Translations under genes and position numbers: made by a program | Notes under the pieces: generated by a model | Told to the model about the DNA's origin: nothing | Databases searched by the model: none | Seen by the model: only the letters and a program-made list of their open reading frames with translations | Origin: a virus | Strand: one strand, 5' to 3' | Length of the DNA: 64,000 bases | Virus record (IMG/VR): IMGVR_UViG_3300024324_000009 | Location: 32,001-96,000 of that record | In this document: in pieces, positions 10,236 through 19,200 of the stretch | Layout of the letters: the number at the start of each line of letters is the position of its first letter | Position numbering within the stretch: position 1 is the stretch's first letter

Positions 10236-13200
10236 ATGGCATCATTTGATATAACCGCACAAATAAACCTAAGAGGCCCAAGCAATGTTAAGCAAATTGC
10301 TGCGGATATTCGTAGGCAATTATCAAATATTAAGTCTACGGTTAATCTTAAACTTGATCCTAAGACTGTTCAAAATGTTGCGATTGTTAATAAAAACTTT
10401 AGGGCCTTGAATGCTACTTTAGCAGCAAGCAAAGGAAATATTAATGCTGTAAGCACAGCGTTCAATAATCTAAACAAATCAATGGCGAGTTTGTCAACAA
10501 GTAGTAAGAATGCTGCTAATAGTGTTAAGTCTGTTGCAACAGCTGCTAAAACTGCCACGGCTGCTACCCAATCCCTACAAAAGGGTGCTCAAAGTGCAGG
10601 TACTGCTGCCAGTAACTTAGGAGCAGAAGTTGCTTCCGGTGCAAGAAAGTTTCTAGTATTCAGTGGAGTCTCTACACTTATTAATGCTGTAACTTCAAGC
10701 ATTGCTCAGGGAGTCGGTGCTTTTGTTGAATATGAACGAGAACTTGCCAAGGTTCAGCAAGTTACAAACGCTACATCAGGAGGTTTATCCAAACTTTCTA
10801 AAGATATACAAGAAGCTGCTGTGAGCACAGGAGCAGCAGCCACTGAACTAGCTAAAGTCTCTGTGGTCTTATCACAGGCAGGCTTATCTGCTAGAGAAAC
10901 AAGTGAAGCCTTGCAGACTCTAGCAAAGACTACTTTGGCTCCTACGTTTGGAGACATTACTGATACTACAGAAGGTGCAATCGCTATTTTGCGTCAGTTT
11001 AAATTAGAGACCTCTGAATTAGAAACAGCACTAGGAAGTATCAATGCTGTTGCAGGTGCATTTGCTGTTAGTGCTTCAGACATCATCACAGCTGTAAAAC
11101 AGGCAGGTGCTGTTTTTGCAAGTTCTAGTCAAGGAGTTAGCGAGGGTACAGACGCACTCAATGAGTTTATTGCTGTCTTTACTAGTGTTAGACAGACCAC
11201 GAGAGAAAGTGCAGAGACTATCGGTACTGGTCTTAAAACCATTGTTACCAGACTACAGAGACTAGATACTATTCAATCTCTTAAACAATTTGGGATTCAG
11301 TTAACAGACCTAGAAGGTAAGTTTGTTGGTCCTTTTGAAGCCATTAAAAGACTGAGTGAAGGACTACAGGCTTTTGATCCAAGAGATGTTAGATTTGGTG
11401 CTATCATTGAAGAACTTGGTGGTTTTCGTCAGGTAGGTAAGGTTATCCCTCTTATTCAGCAATTTGCTGTTGCTCAGGAAGCATTAAACGTAGCCAGAGA
11501 AGGTGGAACCTCCATTACTGATCAACAGATTATAGCAGAACGTACATTGTCTGTTCAATTACAAAAAACTGCTGCTAACTTTCAAGCATTTATAACAGGA
11601 GTTGCAGAAAGCGATGCTTTTCAAGGTATTACTAAAGGACTGCTTGGTTTTGTTAATGCTTTAATAAGTTTAGCAGACATACTTAAAGATGTTATACCAG
11701 TACTTGCTGCTCTTGCAGCTAATGCCGCTATACCTGCAATAGCACAGTTTGCAGGTGGCTTTGGAGCAAAACTATTAGGTAAAAACAAAGGAGGAGCAGT
11801 TCCTCATCATTTTGCTAGAGGAGGCTATGTTCCGGGTTCTGGAGATCGAGATACTGTACCAGCAATGTTGACTCCGGGCGAGTTTGTTATACGCAAGAAA
11901 GCAGTACAAGCTATTGGAACCGATAAACTCTCAGCAATGAATGGAGGCCAAGGTGCAGCTATTGCTACACAGGCTAAAAATAAGGGTGGCATGATTCAAC
12001 ACTTTGCTGAAGGAGGAACAGTAAGCGTTGACTATGCTAAGAAAAAACCTAGTGCATCAAAAGAAAGAGAACTTATAGGAAACAACCTTGTTCAATCTGT
12101 TAACTCTCTAGCTAGTTACTATGACCCAGAATCAAAACAATTATCCAGTAGGAAAAGTCCTAAAAATCTGCCTAATTATGCTGGTATAGTAGGAGGAATA
12201 TTTGAGTCAGCAGTTGAACTTGTAGCAGGACAATCAGACAAACAAAAAAACGAAGCTGTTTGGGATTACCCATCAGGGATCGGAAGTACTGATTTGTTTA
12301 ATAATGTTCCGGGCCTAGGTGTTCCTACAGACGCTAAAAAAAGTGCTACGACCGCAACAGTTAGAAAGAAGCTAAAAGCACACTACAGAAACGCACAAGG
12401 TACTGATCTCAATCGTAAAAAATTTGGTATTGTTGCATTCGGCAAAGGCGAAGACTACGAGTATCAATTTGATCCTGAAGCAATCAAACAAGAAGTGGCT
12501 CCACAAAGAGCCGCAAAAGCACAAAAAGCAAATCGTGGTGGTTTGATTCAACATTTCCAAGATGGAGACCTTGTTGTTGCTGGATCAGGTAGAGTCACAC
12601 AAAAAGATATTAAGGAAGCAACTTCTGGACAATTAAATAGTGCTCTACAAAACCCTAAAGTCAATGCAAAAAGTCGTGCCGCTATTCAAAACGAACTCCA
12701 ACAAAGAGAAACAGCAAACAATGCGACTAACGTAGCTGTTGTTGGTATCTTACCGTTGGGGTATTCAAAAGATTATCCTCCACAGCCTCTTGGTGGAGAG
12801 AACGTAAAAATATCTTCTAGGGGACTACCTAAAGCTAAAGAAGAGGCTTTTCTTAATATAGCAGAAGGTCTTAGAGGAGTTGTACAGACTGCTGCTGTAG
12901 AGATTGGAGGTTCAGCAAAGCCACTTACTCCTGAACAAGAAAAATCAACTGGATTAGAAAATGTGCAAGGAACTATTTTTGAAGCAGTTCTTTCAGCATT
13001 AGGAGCAACTGGAGGATCAATACAAAATCAATCTATGGATTACGCTAATGGACTTGGACCTGCTGCTTCCTTATATCCGGGCATTGGTCCAGATTGGCCT
13101 ACGGAAGTCAAACGTGATGTTACTGGTCCCGGTTTCACTAGAAGTAAAAAGAATATTGCTAATTTCTATAGTGCACAAAAGTTTGCTGAAGGAGGAAAAG

Positions 13201-16200
13201 TTAAATCTAAAGGTGGGCTCGGAATTAAAACTACCGGAGGTAATACGATTACTTCTGTGTTTGAGGATGGACAAAGTAGTTCTGGTGAAGTTGTAGCAAA
13301 AAGTATAGGCCAGAATTTATTTGCAGTTCTGTCATCTCAAGTGTCTGGTGGTGGAGGCAGGGCCTTATATGATTCTGCTATGAAACAAGCAACGAGTCAG
13401 GGAGGTAGTTTAACTTCAGACAGAAGCAGAGTTAGTAGTTCTGCTTTAAGTAGAATTTGGACTACTTATTTTAATAAAGGAACAAGTAAAGACGGGAAGA
13501 AAGTTTCCAAGAAGCCTGTACCAGACAACATGCTTTATACTGGTGCATTTTTTGATGAGTCTGATTATCCAAGCCCTAATCCTGCATCTTGGCAAGGTCA
13601 AGCTGTACCTTTGCAATACGCTTATAAACAATTTGCTGATGGTGGAGCAGCATCAGGAGGGGATACAGTTCCCGCCATGCTAACTCCCGGTGAATTTGTT
13701 ATTAATAAAAAAGCAGCTAAATCTATAGGTTTGTCTAAGCTAAGAGAAATGAACTATGCAGATAAAATAAGAGGTTACGCTAAAGGAGGTCCAGTAGGAG
13801 GAGTCCAATATTTTGATAATGGAGATACAGTTGATCCTCTTTCTCAATCTGGAGGTGTCAACCCCTGCTGTCCAGACGAACTTAAAGCAGCTAATACTAA
13901 TGCTAAAACAGCTAAAAAAATGGAAGATGCTGCCGATTCAATGAACGAAGCAGGAGAGAAACAAGAAGAAGCAGCAGATGAAATGTCAACAGGCCAAGCA
14001 ATATTCTTGGCATTTATTGGCCCAGCGATTGAACAAGGCATCAAGAAAGCGTTCCCTAATAGTCGTGTCGCCGCAGCAACTGGAGAAGGTATTCAACAAG
14101 GTGCAGCTACTTATCAAACAAGTAGTGCTTTGCTTGGAACGATAGGTAAGGTATTGGGTAAATTTCCGGGAGTCGTCGGAAAAGCAGGAAAATTAATTAC
14201 CGCAAGTGCTAAAGGTATTGCTGTCGTGTTGGGAGCATTATCTTTTGGTATAGGAGCCAGATCAGGATACATCCAAAAAAGCATTGAACTTTTATCACAA
14301 GAGATTGAAACTGGAGCAAAAGACACAGCAAAAGCAATAAAGAATTTTAATGATTTACTATTAGACCCAAATATTAGCACAGAAACACTTGGTAAAAGCC
14401 TTGGTGAGTTATCTAACAAAATTAATGATTTAAATACAGTCAGAGGTGAAAAAGCCGCAGTAGAGATTCAGCAGTTACAACCTTATCTTCCATATTTCGA
14501 AAGTAATGACGACAAACAATTTAGACAAGCTAGCGAAAGAAATATTGAACGAGAAGCGTTTGAAACTGGTGCTCAAGATGCTCTTACAAGCCTTGAGGCT
14601 GCATTACAAAACGGTAAAAAACTTGGCGACATTTTTGATAATATGTCAAAGAAAGAAGCACAAGGTCTCAAAAAAGCGATTGCTTTTCAAGACAAGGCTA
14701 TTAGAGAGCAGATAAAGGCATTAGAGAAACAAAGAGATGCAACAGAAGAAGGAACCCCAGAAAGAGAGGCACTTAATGAACAAATCGCTGTGGCTATTGA
14801 TACCGGATATGTAGAGAATGCACAAAGATTAAAAATTATAGCACAATTAAAAGAAGCAGAAAGAGCAGTAGAAGAAAATAGAAGAAGGTTGGTAAATTCT
14901 TCTACTAGTTTGGAAAAATATGTAGAGGCCTTTGGTACTGCAATAGCAATAGCAGGAAATAACTTTCAAGTGGCATCTTTAGAAGCTAAATCTTTTGCTG
15001 ATGGTTTTGCAGGTGTAGATTTACAGAATTTATTTGCAGCACAAATTACTACTCTAGAAAATCCCAGAGCATTTAATGACGCAGAAAATGCGATCTCTCT
15101 TGATCCGTTAAAAGGAGTACTTGGAGATAATGCAAAAGTCTTTGCCGCATTGGTTCAACTTCCTAATCGTTTAGAAGACGCTATTAATAGTGCTGCTGCC
15201 GGTGCAGCTGGCCAAGATTCCGAAAATGTTGGCAGAGCAATATCTGCTGCTATTAGCGGCAACCTAGGAGAGTTTGAAGGAACTGCACTAGGAGATGCAT
15301 TAGTCGGTTCGCTAACAGAACAGATTGAAAAAGCATCCAAAGGTGGTAAAGGAACAGCAGACACAACGGCTATTATTGATTCTTCCACAGATATTGTAAG
15401 AAAAACATCTGAAAACTTTACTAAAGCTGCTGTAGAAGCACTCAAACTTATCCGAGAAGCAGGTGTCCAAGTAGCAAGTTTTGCACAAGTAGCAGAAACA
15501 TCTTTTAAGAAATTTAATAGAGGGTTACTGTTAGCTGCTCAAGGAACAACACGTTTAAACCAAGACATTGACAGATTAGTAAGTGGAAGAAACGACCCTA
15601 GAAGTATTAGCGACATAAATGCAAGAACTACAGGGGCTGCTAGAAGTGAAGTGTCTGGAGTTGCACAATTCATACAACAGAATGCTGATGCTCAAAAACA
15701 ACTCATAGACTTACAAAGTAGGTCGTTGCAAGCACAAATGGAAGGAGCCCAATCATTTAATCAGAATGTCACAGAGATAGGGAGGGTCAAAGCAGAGATT
15801 ATCGGATTAAGACAACAAACTGAAAATCTTAGAACGGCCCTAACTGATAAACTCGGAGAATTAAAGAATGAACTTAGCAATAGACTTAGTGAACTTAAAG
15901 AACAATCAGCAGCATCTAGAAGTTTAATAGACAGCGTATTTTCAGATGAGCAAGGTGCGAATGAGAGTTTTGATGCGGCAATGAGATTGGCAAATGGAGA
16001 CGCATCAGGAATCAGCAGTGGGCCAGAAGCACTAAAGGTGTTGAAAGAGATTTCAAGACTACAGCAAGCAGGTCTGATTCCTGATGATCCTAAAGTTATA
16101 GAAAACGCATACAAAAGGGCTGCTAAAGCAGCAGGTATTCAGTTCTCTCCAGAAGGACTAAAGGTATTTAAACAAGCCTTCGCTAATCCAGAGGATGACA

Positions 16201-19200
16201 GTGAAGTTAAAGCATATGTTAAAGAACTACGGGCAACAAATGCTGAAATCAATCAATTAACTAATGTATTGAATTTGCAAGAACTTCAAAATTCTAATGA
16301 TGCATTAATTGCAAGTCAAACAGCTTTAACAAAAGTTATGTCTGATCTTCCAGAGACTATAAATACTATAGCAGAAAAAATACAAGCATCTGGTTTAAAA
16401 GCCCCTATAGAAGTTTTAGAAGCTGGCAATATCAAAGTAAGTAAAGCTGACAGAGTGGACATCAGAGATACTTTAGGTGCTTCCCAAGCCCTTCCTACTA
16501 CAAAGGCTGTAGGAGGAATAATATATCGTTCAACAGGAGGAGAGGGGCCTGCCTCTTCAGTGTCCACTGGTCCCGGTTCTAATATTAATTGGGCTCCCAG
16601 AGGCTCAGACACTGTACCAGCAATGCTTACTCCCGGCGAATATGTTGTAAACGCACAGGCTACCAAAGCCAATAGGGGTTTATTAGAAAATATAAATAGT
16701 GGTAAAGGCAAAAAAGTTCAGCCGATATATAGGGCATCTGGTGGCCCAACCGACACAAGTGAGAGGGGCTGGATAGACTACTTTGACGAGCAAACGCAAT
16801 CGGGTAGAGGATTCCTTGAATCAATTTATTCCTTCGGAGGCGTAACAAAAGTATGGCCCGATATAGCTACAAAACTCGGTGGTTTAGGAGACACTTTGGG
16901 CAGTTGGTACGGAAGTGCAAAGGATACGGTCAATTCAGGGTTGGCTTCTCAGTTTACTAAATTTGGAAACTATAAAGGTCAGATATTACCAAAATATATT
17001 ATAGAGGCTATCAAGACTGGTACTATTACCGAAACTAAGGGATTAGCATCAGTTCCTAAGAAAGCATGGTCAAATTTAATACCTCGCATTATTAATAATG
17101 TTGGCAACACAAAACTTGCACAAGACCTAACCAAATGGGGCGGTTCCAAGTGGGCAAAAGCTAGTCCAACGCTAAACACCGCAGTGCAAGCAGAGAAGTA
17201 TGCAGACGACATAGCACCTAGTGTGTTTAAAAAAACCTTCCCAAAAATAATGAAAAGTCAGTTTGCAAAGGGGACGTTTAAGAACTTACCTATAGCAGAG
17301 TGGGCAGTAAGCGGTTTATTAGCTAGCAGAAACCGTTGGAGTGAATTGGAGAGAAAAGGTGGAAGTACGAATCAAATGGTCATGTCTAGCCTTGCTGAAT
17401 TTTTAGCAGGAGGCACTGCTGGTGCACCTACGGATTCGTCGGGCTATTCTGGTATTGCTAGTGCTGGAATTGATAATGCAAGTAGACTATTTAGTAATAT
17501 TTATGCTGGTTTTCAAAGAGGAGGACCGCAGGGTGCGGTTGCAGCAGGTTTGGTAACTGTTGGGGCAATGGGTATAAGATTGGCTGAAGAAACTAGAGGT
17601 TGGAGACTCGATGCCATTCAAGAAATGGGTTCATTCCAAGACTTGAGAGCTAATGAAAAAGCAGGAGCAAAAAGTGCAAAGCAACAGGAAAGAGACAGAA
17701 TAAAAGACTTTAAAGAAGCTGGCGTTAAGGACTTGGAGTACTTAGATTCTCAAATAGATATTCTGGGGTTGACACAATTCAAAAGAGCACAAAGATACGG
17801 CGGGTTTCAGGCAGATAAAGATTTTTACGGTTCAGATAATAATCCATATCTTGATATGGATATTGACACAGAAGCCGTTAAATCTAGAGAATATAATGAA
17901 TGGGTTCAACAATATTGGAACGGCAAAGTTAACTCCTCTGCATTCATGAGCAACAAAGGTGAGATGAGATTGATAGAATTTGATCCAGCACTCATACCAG
18001 AGATACAAAAAGCTAGTTTCAGAAGTGGGAACGTATTCGAGAATAGGTATTCAGACGATACGATACAGAAGGCTTATAACAAAGTTGCTTCTCAAGAAAA
18101 CAAAAAAAAGACAGTAGAATTAAAGAGTCTCGGCGGCAAGGCTGTGGGAGTATATCCCAATGCAGAAGCATACGATGGTTCCTACCCTAAATCATTGGAT
18201 TCATTAACTCAGAGTATTGATGACAGAAGTGAAAGTATTTATCAAAACACTCAAGGAGTGAAACAACCTGATGGCACTAGGGACGAAACTCAAACTGGTT
18301 TTAACAACATTTACAGTAAAGACACTGTGTTAAGAGACATAGATGATGAACTTGCTACAAAGATGTTAGCTTCTAATACATTTTTTAATAGAATACCAAG
18401 AGACTTAACTACAAATGACAAGCAGGCATTCGAAGATAGCAAAAGGTATACACAAGATGTTACTGAGATAGCTAAAAGATATACCGCTAGAGAAGAAGAG
18501 TTGAAGCAGATAGCAAGAGAGGAAAGAGACGCACAAGCAAAAGCAGAAGCAGATAGAGCCAAGGAGAAGGTAGATGCAAATGCTGCTACTCAAACTAAAA
18601 TTAGTAATATATCGGCATTTGCAACTAGTGGCAAAGAAGGTCTGAAAGATTTAGGATATAAAGAATTTTATCCTTACATAGATAAGAGTAGTGAGATTAA
18701 TAAACTTCAGGCAGATAGTATTAAGATGCGTGGGAAACTTAACGCACAGGCAGCAGGTCCAACACTTAATCTTGGTCAATATGTAGATTTCGAATATGGT
18801 AAATTAGGGAAAGATGCAAACACTCTTTTAAAGAGTCAAGAAGCTATACAGATACCAACAGATGTTGCGGCAGCTGTTGCAGAGTACAGAAAGAACTACG
18901 TACAAAGCAGTCCTTTATATGAAAAGGGAATCAAAAGATTTGCTGACTCTATAACTGAATGGGAGTTTAATCAAGAAGAGCCAAATATAGCTGCTGCAAT
19001 CAGAAGAAGCATTTTTACTGGACAGCAAATCAATCCCGGTGTTATAGCGTCATTGACAGCAAATAATGAAGCATCTGATCCCGACTTAGCTGTACAAATG
19101 GGATACGATGGCGACATAGACACCGCTGTCCAGCAGTTTACTAAAGATAGAGAACAAGCAGAGGTAGGCAAAGTTAGACCTGTAGGCGGGACAGTTTACG

